Source: an uncultured archaeon (lineage in GTDB: Archaea; Thermoplasmatota; Thermoplasmata; Thermoplasmatales; Thermoplasmataceae). Taken from it: a stretch of 64,000 bases of DNA. Numbering within the stretch: position 1 is the stretch's first letter; the number at the start of each line of letters is the position of its first letter. The translations under genes were made by a program, and so were the position numbers. The DNA is taken from the NCBI GenBank assembly GCA_000965745.1, contig CP009479.1:640001-704000 (forward strand). The letters run 5' to 3'. Below the pieces are notes generated by a model that did no database searches, had not been told where the DNA came from, and saw nothing but the letters and a program-made list of their open reading frames with translations. Below, one piece after another: positions 49,174-59,944 of this stretch.

Positions 49174-49289
49174 GGTTTGAAGATATGGCATTTTTATTAT
49201 AAAACAATTCGAGTCATTATCTATCATGCCTTTGCCAGAGAATTTCCCTGAAAATTAATCATCTTTTCTAGCTTCACCAAGGGATAGTA

Positions 49290-49754
49290 TTGAAAGGAAC
49301 GCGAATTGACTACGGAAGCATAGAGCCTGAAGCAAGAAAGATCATATCACTTATTTCCAGATACGTGCGGAATTCCACACTGGAGCCTAAATTAGTGGAG
49401 CTTGTAAGGATCAGGGTCTCACAGATTAATGGGTGCGCGTTCTGCATTGACATGCACACACAGAATGCAAGGGCTGCAGGGGAAACAGAACAGAGATTGT
49501 ATTGTCTCAGTGCGTGGGTAGATTCTCCATTCTACAGCGAAAGAGAGAAAACCGCCCTGGAATTCGCCGAATATCTTTCGGATATTGGCAGGTCCGGAAT
49601 TCCTGACCACCTCTACCACAGGGTTCTCTCCCAATTCAATGAAAATGAGTACATAGCAATAGTCATGCTTGTCAACGAGATAAGCAGCTGGAACAGGCTT
49701 TCCATCTCTTGCGGTGCAACATCCGGAATGTATAAGGGAAAGAACACTGTTTGA
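49290..49754 (+). CDS. Carboxymuconolactone decarboxylase / AhpD family protein
   Basis: ELVRIRVSQINGCAFCIDMH, WNRL. Confidence 0.9.
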   Translation: MKGTRIDYGSIEPEARKIISLISRYVRNSTLEPKLVELVRIRVSQINGCAFCIDMHTQNARAAGETEQRLYCLSAWVDSPFYSEREKTALEFAEYLSDIGRSGIPDHLYHRVLSQFNENEYIAIVMLVNEISSWNRLSISCGATSGMYKGKNTV

Positions 49755-49806
49755 CTGGATTCCATTCAGAAATCCAATTTATAATACTAAATGCGATAAC
49801 CGGTGT

Positions 49807-51465
49807 ATGCAGGTTGATGAAGAGGGAAGGATAGGAAATCTCACCATAAAGAACAGGATAGTTATGGCTCCCATGATATCCAATCTGGGGAATCCTGACG
49901 GGAGCACCAACAACAATCACATTGCTTATCTGGAGGAAAGGGCAAAGGGCGGAGCAGGACTCATCATCACCGAATACACTTACATCGACAGAATAAACAG
50001 CAGGGGTTCACGGAACCAGCTGGGAATGTACTCCACGAATCTTGTGCCGAAACTGAAAAGGCTTACTGAGAGGGTTCACGGCCATGGGTCCAGGATATTC
50101 ATGCAGCTTGTCCATGCGGGAGGAAAAGCCTCTAGCAGCATAAATGGGGTAGAACCCATGGCTCCTTCTGCAGTGGACTATATAGGCCACACTCCAAGGG
50201 AAATGTCCGGCGATGACATCGAAAATGTGATTGAATCATTCACAAAGGCAGCAAGGTACGCGTATCAGGCAAATTTTGACGGGATCGAGCTGCATGGAGC
50301 ACATGGATACCTCCTTCAGGAATTCATGTCTCCAGCACTTAACAAAAGGAATGACAGATTCGGCGGAAGTTTCGAGAACAGGCTCCGAATATCCCAGGAG
50401 ATAATTGACAGGATAAAAAGTGAACTCGACTTTACGGTGGGGATAAGGCTCAGCTTGTATGAGGATGACCTGGACGGGTACGATCCAGACTATGGCGTGA
50501 GAATCGCAGAGACTCTGAGAAATATTGATTATGCCCATTTCTCAGCAGGCAGGTTTGCACCTCCCGGCTCCTCCGCATCATTCTATGACAGTAGGACCCA
50601 TATACTCAACAGGCTTCCACGGAAGCCGGGTGTGGCAACAATGGTCGTGGGATCTGTGATCGGAAGGCAGGATGCTGAGGCCGTACTGAAGAAGGCTGAT
50701 TTTGTTTCGGTAGGAAGGGCAATGCTCGCTGACCCTTATTTTGCAAGCAAAGTGATGCACGATCCCTCATCTATTAGGCCCTGTATAAGGTGCAACCAGG
50801 GATGCAGAGATCTTGCCTATGGAGAAGTTAGATGTACTGTAAATCCCGACGTTGGGCATGAGAATTTCAAGCGTTTTTCCCGTTTCACAGGAAAAGTAAC
50901 CATAGTAGGGGCAGGAGTCAAAGGGCTGGAAGCGGCACTTACGGCGGCCAAGATTGGCCTCGATGTAACACTTTATGAAAAGAGAGAAGAAGTGGGTGGC
51001 CAGCTTCTTGATATATCCGACGAGAAGAAGAAAGCCGAATTTCTGCCCCTCCTGGAATACTACAGGACAGCACTTGCGAGGTTGGGCGTAGAGGTTGTCA
51101 CGGGTGAAGAGTATAGTGGTGAAGGGCTGTACTGCCTCCCCGACAGCATATATCCTGAGATTCAGGAGAAAGAAGAGGTTGCAATCGATTCCAATGTATT
51201 TCAGTACCATGATCTTGCCCTCAAACTATCGAGAAACCACAAAGTGTTTCTGTCAGAAAGAAGCCTTTCTAGCCTGGATAGGTCCAGGCAGATGAGATAC
51301 AGGGAATGTGCTGAAAACCTGGGAATCGAGATTGTGGATCACAGGGGCAGGACTTTCGACATCGTGCGATTTGAAAAGAGCCAGTATGACATTTCCAAGG
51401 CGATGTTATCTGGAAGGAATGCTATATTGGGGTATATTGAGGGGATAAACAGCTATCCCCTCTAA
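49807..51465 (+). CDS. NADH:flavin oxidoreductase (Old Yellow Enzyme domain plus 4Fe-4S and FAD-binding region)
   Basis: KNRIVMAPM, ELHGAHGYLL, CIRCNQGC...C, VGAGVKG; start at ATG 49807. Confidence 0.9.
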   Translation: MQVDEEGRIGNLTIKNRIVMAPMISNLGNPDGSTNNNHIAYLEERAKGGAGLIITEYTYIDRINSRGSRNQLGMYSTNLVPKLKRLTERVHGHGSRIFMQLVHAGGKASSSINGVEPMAPSAVDYIGHTPREMSGDDIENVIESFTKAARYAYQANFDGIELHGAHGYLLQEFMSPALNKRNDRFGGSFENRLRISQEIIDRIKSELDFTVGIRLSLYEDDLDGYDPDYGVRIAETLRNIDYAHFSAGRFAPPGSSASFYDSRTHILNRLPRKPGVATMVVGSVIGRQDAEAVLKKADFVSVGRAMLADPYFASKVMHDPSSIRPCIRCNQGCRDLAYGEVRCTVNPDVGHENFKRFSRFTGKVTIVGAGVKGLEAALTAAKIGLDVTLYEKREEVGGQLLDISDEKKKAEFLPLLEYYRTALARLGVEVVTGEEYSGEGLYCLPDSIYPEIQEKEEVAIDSNVFQYHDLALKLSRNHKVFLSERSLSSLDRSRQMRYRECAENLGIEIVDHRGRTFDIVRFEKSQYDISKAMLSGRNAILGYIEGINSYPL

Positions 51466-52199
51466 AACTCATTTTTTCTTAGTCTTTTTTCTCTTTTTTC
51501 CTTTACTCTCTCCACGTCCTTCTTCTCCTGATCGGTAAGTTCAACTTCTTCCTCTGGAACCTCAACCACGAATTCTGGAGGGATCTCCCTTACAAGAAAA
51601 ACATCTTCTGTTGCCCTGTAGACGGGGTAGCCTGCTTCAGCAAGCTTGACAGTATCAACACCGACAATAGTGGGGGAATCTACGTGGTACAGACCCGATA
51701 CAAAAGCCTGTCTGTAAGTATGTGAAAGGTGTATCCAGGTCTTGTCTGATGGGCTTATGCCGGTCTCGTTGATTAATTCAAGTTCCTCCTCAGTGGTCTG
51801 ATAATATAGAACTTCCGGGACACCATCCGTGGGAAGATCATCCATCTCTATGGGTATAGTGTGCCCATAGGCTGCCCTTATCTCATGATTGCCGCTTACC
51901 TGGTATCGTTCTTTTGGGTCTGTGAGAGCCATGGACTCGATATGCCTCGCTGTCAACCAGCCGAAACTCTTCCTTCTCGCCCTAATTGCCGGCACTATTG
52001 AGTATATCCTCACCCATCCATGGTCATCGAGCCTGACCCCATAATTCTCAGGAAAATGTCTCAGCATACCGGCCAGGATTCTTCCAAGGCCCTCTATCTC
52101 ATACTCATTCATCAGTCTTTTGCCGCGGTCACCGCACTGGGGGCACCCGCTTCCTCTGAATACCCCGTGCTCAAAACATTCCCTAAGATCCTCTCCCAT
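51462..52199 (-). CDS. kptA: RNA 2'-phosphotransferase (Tpt1/KptA)
   Basis: N-terminal Zn knuckle, LRHFP, D..GW, DPKERY, IRAAYGHT, IHLS. Confidence 0.88.
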   Translation of the reverse strand: MGEDLRECFEHGVFRGSGCPQCGDRGKRLMNEYEIEGLGRILAGMLRHFPENYGVRLDDHGWVRIYSIVPAIRARRKSFGWLTARHIESMALTDPKERYQVSGNHEIRAAYGHTIPIEMDDLPTDGVPEVLYYQTTEEELELINETGISPSDKTWIHLSHTYRQAFVSGLYHVDSPTIVGVDTVKLAEAGYPVYRATEDVFLVREIPPEFVVEVPEEEVELTDQEKKDVERVKEKREKRLRKNEF

Positions 52200-53056
52200 T
52201 AGAGACCCCCTCTCAATCTTTCCGCCACTTCCTCTGCTATGCTAATGGTGCTGTACTCACTCTGAATGGTGTCCGTGACAGCAACCTCGTCAGCTGCATC
52301 CTTTATTCTGGCAGCTGAGTTGTTGGTGAATATGCCATGGACGGCGGAAATGTAAACATTGGTCGCGCCTTTCTCGCGCATAATAGATGCTGACTTCATT
52401 ATTGTGCCTCCTGTTGAAATGATATCGTCAACAAGGAGAACTTTTTTCCCTTTAAGCTCAACATCAGGAACTTCCATCCTCACTGTCCTTGAATCCACCC
52501 TCACTTTGTTCAGATAAAAGGTCTTGACACCAAGAACCCTCGATATTTCTTCTGCCCTTACTGATCCCCCGTCATCGGGGGAAACAACGTAATCTATGCC
52601 ATAGCTGTTGAAATGCTTGGCTATGGACTTGATGATGCTGATGTTTTCAAACGGTACCGGGGAGTAGCCCAATGTCTCCTCATCATGTATGTCCACCACG
52701 TACATCCTGTCTGCCGATGAGGCAAGAGATTGTGTAAAAACCTTGGAAGAGATTGCTTCTCCCGGATTGTATACCCGGTGCTGCCTTGAATACCCGAAAT
52801 AAGGGAAAACAACAGTCAGTTCATCTGGTGAAGCCTCTCTGACCGCATTCAAAGTGAGAAGCATTTCAATAATGTCAGCATCCATACTGGTGTTTCCTAC
52901 CACTGCAACATCGTGCCCTGATATCTCTTCATTGATTCGAACGTAAAGCTCACCGTCGGGGAATCGCTTGACAGTCTTGTCTGCAACTTTTGCATTGAGC
53001 TCCCTGCCCAAATCATCGCTGAGTTTCTGACCGGATGAGGTAGGTATGATAAGCAT
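52199..53056 (-). CDS. prs: Ribose-phosphate pyrophosphokinase
   Basis: FPDGE, PYFGYSRQ, SPDDG, VDDIISTGGT. Confidence 0.96.
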   Translation of the reverse strand: MLIIPTSSGQKLSDDLGRELNAKVADKTVKRFPDGELYVRINEEISGHDVAVVGNTSMDADIIEMLLTLNAVREASPDELTVVFPYFGYSRQHRVYNPGEAISSKVFTQSLASSADRMYVVDIHDEETLGYSPVPFENISIIKSIAKHFNSYGIDYVVSPDDGGSVRAEEISRVLGVKTFYLNKVRVDSRTVRMEVPDVELKGKKVLLVDDIISTGGTIMKSASIMREKGATNVYISAVHGIFTNNSAARIKDAADEVAVTDTIQSEYSTISIAEEVAERLRGGL

Positions 53057-53222
53057 GTGAAACGAAGTGGTTATGTTCTTTACTTTTAAAAAATCTTTTG
53101 AGGACGCCGTTGAATTTTTTCATAGAAAGTGTTCTCCTTCTGAAAACCCACACGATGACAGGAGAGATGGCTGGAATGATGGATTGTAAATGTTTATTAT
53201 CAAATACCTGGATTAGGCTATT

Positions 53223-54881
53223 ATGAACTCCACAGTTTCAGATGTTGTAATCGAGACACTGGTCAGTCTCGGGGTAGAACGAATCTACGGAATACCCGGA
53301 GACTCAATCGATCCACTGGTAGATTCCATAAGAAAGAATGGTAAAATTCAATATGTCCAGGTCAGGCATGAGGAGGGGGCTGCACTTGAGGCTGCTTTTG
53401 AAGCAAAGCTTACTGGTAAACCTGCAGCCTGCATGGGAACTTCAGGCCCTGGCTCGATTCACCTTCTCAACGGACTCTACGAAGCTAAGACCGCTCACGT
53501 TCCTGTAATTGCTCTAACAGGCCAGGTTGAGACTGACCTTCTTGGCCATGACTTCTTCCAGGAAGTCAACCTCAACAGGCTTTTTGATGACGTATCCCTC
53601 TTCAACAGCCAGATAATGCATCCGGATAATGCGGAATACATCATATGGAGGGCGTTCAGGGAATCACAAGTAGGGAGGGGGGTATCGCATGTGACTTTGC
53701 CCGTTGATGTTCTGAGAATGGAATCAAAAAAAGACAGAAGCTTGAACTACGTTGGAGAGCCTCCAATAGATTTCAGCATAGATCCATCTGGAGCGGAGAG
53801 GATGATCAACAGCAGCAAAAAGCCCGTTCTGTTTATCGGAAAGGGTGCAGCGGGTTTGACAGATGAAATCAACTCCTTGTCGGAAAGGATTGGTGCTCCT
53901 GTTATATACGCACTCAATGGAAAGGGGATAGTCGATGACAATGATCGGAAGGTTCTTGGCGGACTTGGCCTCCTCGGCTCTAAGGCATCGGTTGAAGCGG
54001 TGAGGAAGGCAGACCTCCTTATAATGATTGGGACCTCCTTCCCTTACGAAGATTTCCTGCCAGATGGTGTAAAGACAATCCAGGTGGACATAAACCGCCT
54101 CAATCTGGGAAAGCGCTTTCATGCAGACTTAGCATTAGTGTGCACAGCCGAACATTTCCTGAAATCAGTTAAACCAGATTCTAAGGACGAGAAGTTCTAC
54201 GACGACTTTCAGGATGAAAAAGAAAGCTGGATAAACGACCTGAAAAAGAGTGAGGAAAGCCAGGAAAACCCTATAAAGCCTGAGAGAGTGGCTGCAACGC
54301 TTGAAAAATACTCGGACGAAAATTCGGTCGTTGTCATAGACACAGGCAACGTAACTGTCTGGGGCATGAGGAATTTCAGGAGCGGGACGAAACACACTTA
54401 CCTTTTCTCGCCATGGCTCGGCAGCATGGGCGTTGGAATCCCGGGAGCGGTTGGAGCATCATTTGCAACCGACAGGCAGGTTATTGCCATGGTAGGTGAC
54501 GGAAGCTTTGCAATGACCATGATGGAGCTTATAACAGCAAGGAAGTACTCAAGGCCGATAAAGGTGGTTGTATTCAACAATTCTAAACTTGGAATGATAA
54601 AGTTTGAGCAGGAAGTAATGGGATTTCCTGAATGGGGTGTTGATCTGCTGAATCCTGATTTTGCACAACTTGCCAGGAGTATGGGAATTGAGGGCTTAAA
54701 GGTGGAAGAAAGCAACCAGTTGGATGAAGGCGTAAAGAAACTTCTGGCCACTAAAGGCCCTGCAGTTCTTGAGGTGATAGTGAACGGAGAAGAAAGGCCC
54801 ATGCCGCCAAGGCTTACTTTCAAGCAGGTGAGGGGTTATATAACATCACTTTTCAGAGAAGAACTAATGGAGCATTTCTGA
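53223..54881 (+). CDS. TPP-dependent pyruvate oxidase/dehydrogenase (PoxB-like)
   Basis: GIPGDS, RHEE, GTSGPGSIHLLNGL, GDGSF...NNS. Confidence 0.88.
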   Translation: MNSTVSDVVIETLVSLGVERIYGIPGDSIDPLVDSIRKNGKIQYVQVRHEEGAALEAAFEAKLTGKPAACMGTSGPGSIHLLNGLYEAKTAHVPVIALTGQVETDLLGHDFFQEVNLNRLFDDVSLFNSQIMHPDNAEYIIWRAFRESQVGRGVSHVTLPVDVLRMESKKDRSLNYVGEPPIDFSIDPSGAERMINSSKKPVLFIGKGAAGLTDEINSLSERIGAPVIYALNGKGIVDDNDRKVLGGLGLLGSKASVEAVRKADLLIMIGTSFPYEDFLPDGVKTIQVDINRLNLGKRFHADLALVCTAEHFLKSVKPDSKDEKFYDDFQDEKESWINDLKKSEESQENPIKPERVAATLEKYSDENSVVVIDTGNVTVWGMRNFRSGTKHTYLFSPWLGSMGVGIPGAVGASFATDRQVIAMVGDGSFAMTMMELITARKYSRPIKVVVFNNSKLGMIKFEQEVMGFPEWGVDLLNPDFAQLARSMGIEGLKVEESNQLDEGVKKLLATKGPAVLEVIVNGEERPMPPRLTFKQVRGYITSLFREELMEHF

Positions 54882-54908
54882 AAATTCAAGACCTCATTTC
54901 TATTCGAA

Positions 54909-55883
54909 TCATAAGACCAGGTAGATGTACAGGACAAAGAAAACGAGGCCGAAGGAAAGCGCGAATAGCGGGAACCTGCCTCTTCTTATGAAGAAAATGT
55001 ACACTAGGGAAATAACCTCAGCTGTAATCACGCTAACTACCGCACTTTCGTTTATGCTCCAAGGTATCAGAAGAAGCGCAAGTCCTGGGTAGAGCGTAGT
55101 ATAAAGCACCTTTTCCCCAACAAGTGAGGCGACGGCAAAGGTATCTTTGCCCTGGTATCCCCATATCATGGCAGTCAAAGTTTCAGGTATTGCTGTGGCA
55201 AAAGGAATGATAATTATTGAAAGGGTCAGCGCGTCTATGCCTATACTGAGGGAAAGATCGCTTATTGAGTGCACAATGAGTTCTGATCCGTAATAAAGCA
55301 GCACTATTGCAACAGCGAGTTGTAGAACTGATGCAACCTTCGCGTTCATAAATCGTCCCAGAAAGGGCTCTTCCTGCTCCTCCCCAAGAAGTGAGGACTC
55401 TTCTTTGTACATTATGTAAACATAAATCACGTACGCCGCAAGAAATACGATTCCGAGCGCATAGTTAAGGGTCCTTGTCAGGTACCCCGCAAGAATAAGG
55501 AATGGATAAAGTATTGAAACGAAAATGTACGGATATGCCAGTCCCTTGTCGACATCCATGTATCTCTTCTTTTTTTTCTTGATGAACAGGGACCCGATTA
55601 TTGCAGCCAATACAAGGGTATACGCCAGAGAGGAGGAGATAAAGGGTTCACCAAATATCACTCCAATTGCAATGTCGTTTCCCTGGACATGGTCTGCAGA
55701 TAAAATCGCAACAACAAAAACTATCAGTTCTGGAAAAGAGGTGAAGAATGGTGATATTATGGCGCCTACAAAGGATCTGGACCAGTTAAAGAGCCCCCCT
55801 ACATATTCAATTGCGTTGACGAAGATGAGAGACCCAAAGAAGACTGTAAGGATACTGATTGTGAGCAGGAACAGGATATTCAT
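54909..55883 (-). CDS. Sodium:calcium antiporter family protein
   Basis: Two alpha repeats TSFPE and TAIPE; about 10 TM helices. Confidence 0.85.
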   Translation of the reverse strand: MNILFLLTISILTVFFGSLIFVNAIEYVGGLFNWSRSFVGAIISPFFTSFPELIVFVVAILSADHVQGNDIAIGVIFGEPFISSSLAYTLVLAAIIGSLFIKKKKKRYMDVDKGLAYPYIFVSILYPFLILAGYLTRTLNYALGIVFLAAYVIYVYIMYKEESSLLGEEQEEPFLGRFMNAKVASVLQLAVAIVLLYYGSELIVHSISDLSLSIGIDALTLSIIIIPFATAIPETLTAMIWGYQGKDTFAVASLVGEKVLYTTLYPGLALLLIPWSINESAVVSVITAEVISLVYIFFIRRGRFPLFALSFGLVFFVLYIYLVL

Positions 55884-56027
55884 TGGCCAGACCCCTATTG
55901 CCTGAGGTATAATTAAATTCTTATTGTGCGAAGCGAGATCTTGCTTTTACCGCGGAGATCGTTCCGTTATATCCAGTATATAGCATATGTAAGATAGTAT
56001 TATATTCGCAGGTAGTCATAAACCTCC

Positions 56028-56702
56028 ATGAAATATGAGATCATCAATCCTCAGGGCGGATATGCAGTCCTGAAGACAAGACTTGCCCATGGGGAAGAAT
56101 TCTATTCCATGCCCGGAACAGTCACAAGTCTCCACGGCGTTAATTTTGCATCACAGAGAAAGGGAGGGCTTCTCGGCGGATTGAAAAGGTCCCTCTTGAC
56201 AGGTACAAATATGTACAAGGACAAGCTCTATTTTGAATCCGATCCGGGTGAGGCTGTCGTAGCGCCAAGGTTTCCCGGGCAGATAGCAGAAGTCCAGCTT
56301 GAACAGGACATGTTTGCTCACAGTCACAGTTTTCTCGCAGCCGAAAATGAAGTAGAAATCGGCTCTAAATCTCTTGGGGTAAGATCACTGCTTGCAAACG
56401 ACACCCTATTCTGGGTATCACTCCAGAGAAATCCCGGCAAGAAGGTCTGGCTTTCATTCTTCGGTGACGTGATCAAAATGGATGTTAAAGCGAATGAAAG
56501 AGTTTCTATTGAGCATGGGCATTTCGTTGCTATAAATGCGGATGCCAAATTCAACATCAGGTTTCTTGGCATAAAGAGAGCCTTGCTTGGTGGAGAGGGG
56601 CTATACATGGTGGACATAGAAGGACCAGCTCAGGTTTGGCTTCAGACAAGGAATCTGGAAGCATTCATCCAGATGGTTGCTGCACAGGTTCCAAGGAGGT
56701 GA
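56028..56702 (+). CDS. AIM24 / TIGR00266 family protein
   Basis: GGLLGGLKR, APRFPG, GGEGL, GPAQVWLQTRN. Confidence 0.85.
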   Translation: MKYEIINPQGGYAVLKTRLAHGEEFYSMPGTVTSLHGVNFASQRKGGLLGGLKRSLLTGTNMYKDKLYFESDPGEAVVAPRFPGQIAEVQLEQDMFAHSHSFLAAENEVEIGSKSLGVRSLLANDTLFWVSLQRNPGKKVWLSFFGDVIKMDVKANERVSIEHGHFVAINADAKFNIRFLGIKRALLGGEGLYMVDIEGPAQVWLQTRNLEAFIQMVAAQVPRR

Positions 56703-56957
56703 AAAAGAGGAAGATCCGAAGAGAAATGCGAAAGGGGCTGCCCGAATCTTCTCTTCATACCTCTAATTTCTCCCAGCAATTTCCAGCCCTCAGTACGGGG
56801 TGGTATTTTGACTTTTAACGCTAATGAAGTCGAAAGAACGCTTGTTAGAAGAGGGAGAAGGCTTGGGGACCTCTTCTGATCCCTGTCTATTTGAAATCTA
56901 TTATTCGGAGCATCTCAGGCTTCCTAGAATTATAGGCGATCTCCTGGAGGTGTTGGA

Positions 56958-57194
56958 GTGGTTTCGCCACAGGACTCACAGATCCATTCTAAAATCGACA
57001 GTTACCTTGAGATCAGAAATGGTATGGACGTTTCAGCATCAGAGTTCCTCGAGTCGGTTGACTTCGATCCTTCGGAAGCTGAAAGACAGATCTCGATATG
57101 GATGGAAAGGCACCCCAACGATTTTCATGTGCTTGACAGAAACCCTATAGTTCTGAAGATCTATGGAACGGTCATTTATTCCAGGAGGAGATAG
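56958..57194 (+). CDS. Small hypothetical protein
   Basis: GGAGGTG RBS upstream of the GTG start; protein-like composition. Confidence 0.45.
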   Translation: MVSPQDSQIHSKIDSYLEIRNGMDVSASEFLESVDFDPSEAERQISIWMERHPNDFHVLDRNPIVLKIYGTVIYSRRR

Positions 57195-57365
57195 CTGTGT
57201 TCCATTCTCTTAACAATGATTTCTCTTCATTTTCAGACCAATCAATAGCACAGAGAACCGCTATTTTCAACGATGGGATAATTTTCTTAATAAGAAAATT
57301 CAGAAGGCACAGGGGATCATATCCCCTGGAAATCTCGCAAAGTAAGACATCTCTATTTTTCTTTA

Positions 57366-58624
57366 GATGGTGTGTGCAAAGTGCTGTAAAAGTTGAAAAG
57401 GGTCCTGCGAGATTTGGATGTGAGTTGACCCAAAAATGCAGGACCAATTGAACATGGTGGAGGATCTAATAAGTCATTTCCTCAAGGACAACAGAGAAGG
57501 CAAGAAGCAGCTGATCGAGTGGTTTTGAACTCGGTCATGGACAAAGAGATGATGGATCAGATCAGGGCGGAGTGGTATGAAAGATCTGAGCAGAGGAAAG
57601 CGCACAGGAATGGCAAGAGAAAGAGATCTCTGAAAACATCGGACGGCGATCTGATGCTGGAGAAGCCCCAGATACGTGAGTTTCCCCTTGAAACTCAGGT
57701 ATTCGATCGCTATTCCAGGGTTGAAAGAGCAGTTGAATCAGCTATCCTGGAATCGTATATACAAGGTGTCTCAACAAGGAAGGTGAAGAAAATAGTTGAG
57801 ACCCTTGGGATACGAAAAGTATCCCCGTCATATGTCTCATCACTCTCCTCCGAGCTGGATGAGAAGGTGAAGGAATTCCTTGAGCGTCCTATCGAACAGG
57901 GGATCAGGTACATGTATGTGGATGCCACATACATCAAGGTACGCCAGGATTCCAGATACAAAAGCATGGCGCTGTACATTGCTGCTGGCGTCAGGGAGGA
58001 TGGGTACAGGGAAATCCTGGGGGCAAGGCTGTACGACTCTGAGACAGAGATAGATTATGAATCATTCTTCGATGATCTGAAGGAAAGAGGACTGAAAGGC
58101 CTTGGTCTCGTCATATCCGACGGCCATAAGGGCATAAGAGAGGCTGTACTCCGATCATTCCCGGGTGCATCATGGCAGTTCTGCCATGTGCATTTCATCA
58201 GGAACCTGATGAAGAAGGTCTCCAGGAAAAAGTGGGGATCAGTATCACTCATAGTGAAGGAATCTCTCGAAAATCCTTCACTCATGCCGCTGGCACAGCA
58301 GGCCTTGATCGATAATGGGATGGACAGGGCTGCTGAGATGTACGATAGATGGTCGGATTCGCTGTACAATTATCAGTCTTCTCCAAGGGAGCATTGGATA
58401 AGGATCAGGACAACAAACATGATGGAGCGGTTGAACTATGAGGTCAAGAGACGCACAAAGAAAGTTGGTGCGTTTCCATCTGAGAAAGCATTGATCAGGT
58501 TAGCAGGTTCCATTCTAATGGACATGAATGAAGAATGGATCACTGGGAGAAAGTATTTGAGGATCGAGGATTTGCACGATCAGTAGGACTCTGATCAATT
58601 CTACAGCAGTCTCTGCACATGACC
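57366..58624 (+). mobile_element. IS256-family insertion sequence
   Basis: Imperfect IRs (GGTGTGTGCAAAGTGCTGTA / TACAGCAGTCTCTGCACATGACC) flanked by TTTCTTTA at 57358-57365 and 58625-58632. Left end uncertain by about 3 bp. Confidence 0.85.
57436..58586 (+). pseudogene. IS256 transposase with a frameshift near 57525
   Basis: MQDQLNMVEDLISHFLKDNREGKKQLIEWF* continues in another frame as LNSVMDKE; downstream VDATY, SDGHKG, CHVHF and TTNMMERLN motifs. Confidence 0.8.
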
Positions 58625-58639
58625 TTTCTTTATAATTAA

Positions 58640-59941
58640 GGTTCATCCTAGAAATGTGTGGGTATTTTTATCCTTCTTTTCATTATATTTGCCATGCAGG
58701 ATGCTGAACAGTTGTACTCCGAGCTCTTAGGGCTCAAGAACCCCTGGAGGGTTGAGAGTGTTTCACTTGATTCAAATGACAAGGTTGTTGAAGTCTTCAT
58801 AGCACACGACAGGGGAGCTAAGCTCCCATGTCCCGAGTGCAGGAGGGAGTGCATGGTCTACGATCATCTGAGGGAAAGGGTCTGGAGGGATCTTGACAGC
58901 ATAGGGTTCAAGACATTCATTCATGCCAGATCACCAAGGATACAGTGTCCGGAGCATGGCATAAGAGAGGCGGTCATGCCCCTCTCCGAGAAGAGATCAA
59001 GGTTCACTCTCAGATTCGAATCAAGATCCATAAGGATGCTCCAGAACATGGATGTTGAGAATTTCACCCGGGTAATGGACATTTCCTGGAGCCGGGCATG
59101 GAACATCATCGATCATGCGGTTAAGAGAGGACTGTCAAGGAAAACATCAAGGCCAAGGATCATAGGCGTTGATGACAAATCGTACAGGAAGGGGCACAAG
59201 TACATCACGCTGGTGATGGACATGGAGAACAGCGGTGTTGAGTTCATCTCCATGGACAGGAGGAAATCATCACTCGATGAGTATTACAAAACGATGAGTG
59301 ATGATGAATTATCTCGCATAGATGCGGTATCAATGGACATGTGGGATCCGTACATATCATCCACGCTTGAGCATGTACCACAGGCTCATTCAAAGATCGT
59401 CTTCGACAGGTTTCATGTCATGCGCCATGTGAATGAAGCGGTTGATGCGGTGAGGAAGGAGGAGAATCGTGAACTGGTGAAGAAGGGTATCATGGACCTC
59501 AAAGGATCAAGGTACATATGGCTCTATTCCGGCGATCGCCTTCCCGAAAGGTACAGGGAGCGGTACAATGAGCTAAGGAATTCAGATCTAAGGACGGGCA
59601 AGGCGTACTCCATGAAGGAGAACATAAGGAACCTGTGGAATCTCCCCTCAATGGAGGATGCAATGGATTACTGGAAGAGATGGCACTCCTGGATCGTGCA
59701 CTCCTCGATTGATGCAATGAAGAAGGTGGCGAAGATGATGCGAATGCACATCGACAAGATACTGAACTATTTCATCCACAGGATAACAAACGCAAAGGCA
59801 GAGGGAATCAATTCAAAGATCGCGCTGATAGAGAAGATGGCGTATGGATTCAGGAACAGAGGCCATCTCAAGACAGCAATATATTTCAAATGCGGAAATC
59901 TGGAGCTTTATCCATGAGCCCACACAAAACTAGGAAGAACC
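58640..59941 (+). mobile_element. ISL3-family insertion sequence
   Basis: 24-bp imperfect IRs GGTTCATCCTAGAAATGTGTGGGT / GCCCACACAAAACTAGGAAGAACC; TSD ATAATTAA at 58632-58639 and, beyond the IS5, at 61065-61072. Confidence 0.92.
58694..59917 (+). CDS. ISL3 transposase
   Basis: CPEC...CPEHG zinc finger, GVDD, SMDMW, DRFHV, TNAKAEGINSKI..AYGFRN. Confidence 0.95.
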   Translation: MQDAEQLYSELLGLKNPWRVESVSLDSNDKVVEVFIAHDRGAKLPCPECRRECMVYDHLRERVWRDLDSIGFKTFIHARSPRIQCPEHGIREAVMPLSEKRSRFTLRFESRSIRMLQNMDVENFTRVMDISWSRAWNIIDHAVKRGLSRKTSRPRIIGVDDKSYRKGHKYITLVMDMENSGVEFISMDRRKSSLDEYYKTMSDDELSRIDAVSMDMWDPYISSTLEHVPQAHSKIVFDRFHVMRHVNEAVDAVRKEENRELVKKGIMDLKGSRYIWLYSGDRLPERYRERYNELRNSDLRTGKAYSMKENIRNLWNLPSMEDAMDYWKRWHSWIVHSSIDAMKKVAKMMRMHIDKILNYFIHRITNAKAEGINSKIALIEKMAYGFRNRGHLKTAIYFKCGNLELYP

Positions 59942-59944
59942 ATA

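Noticed and set aside
56700-57360. tRNA or att site at the edge of the accessory region
   Set aside because: No cloverleaf or T-loop consensus recognised by eye; tRNAscan-SE would settle it.
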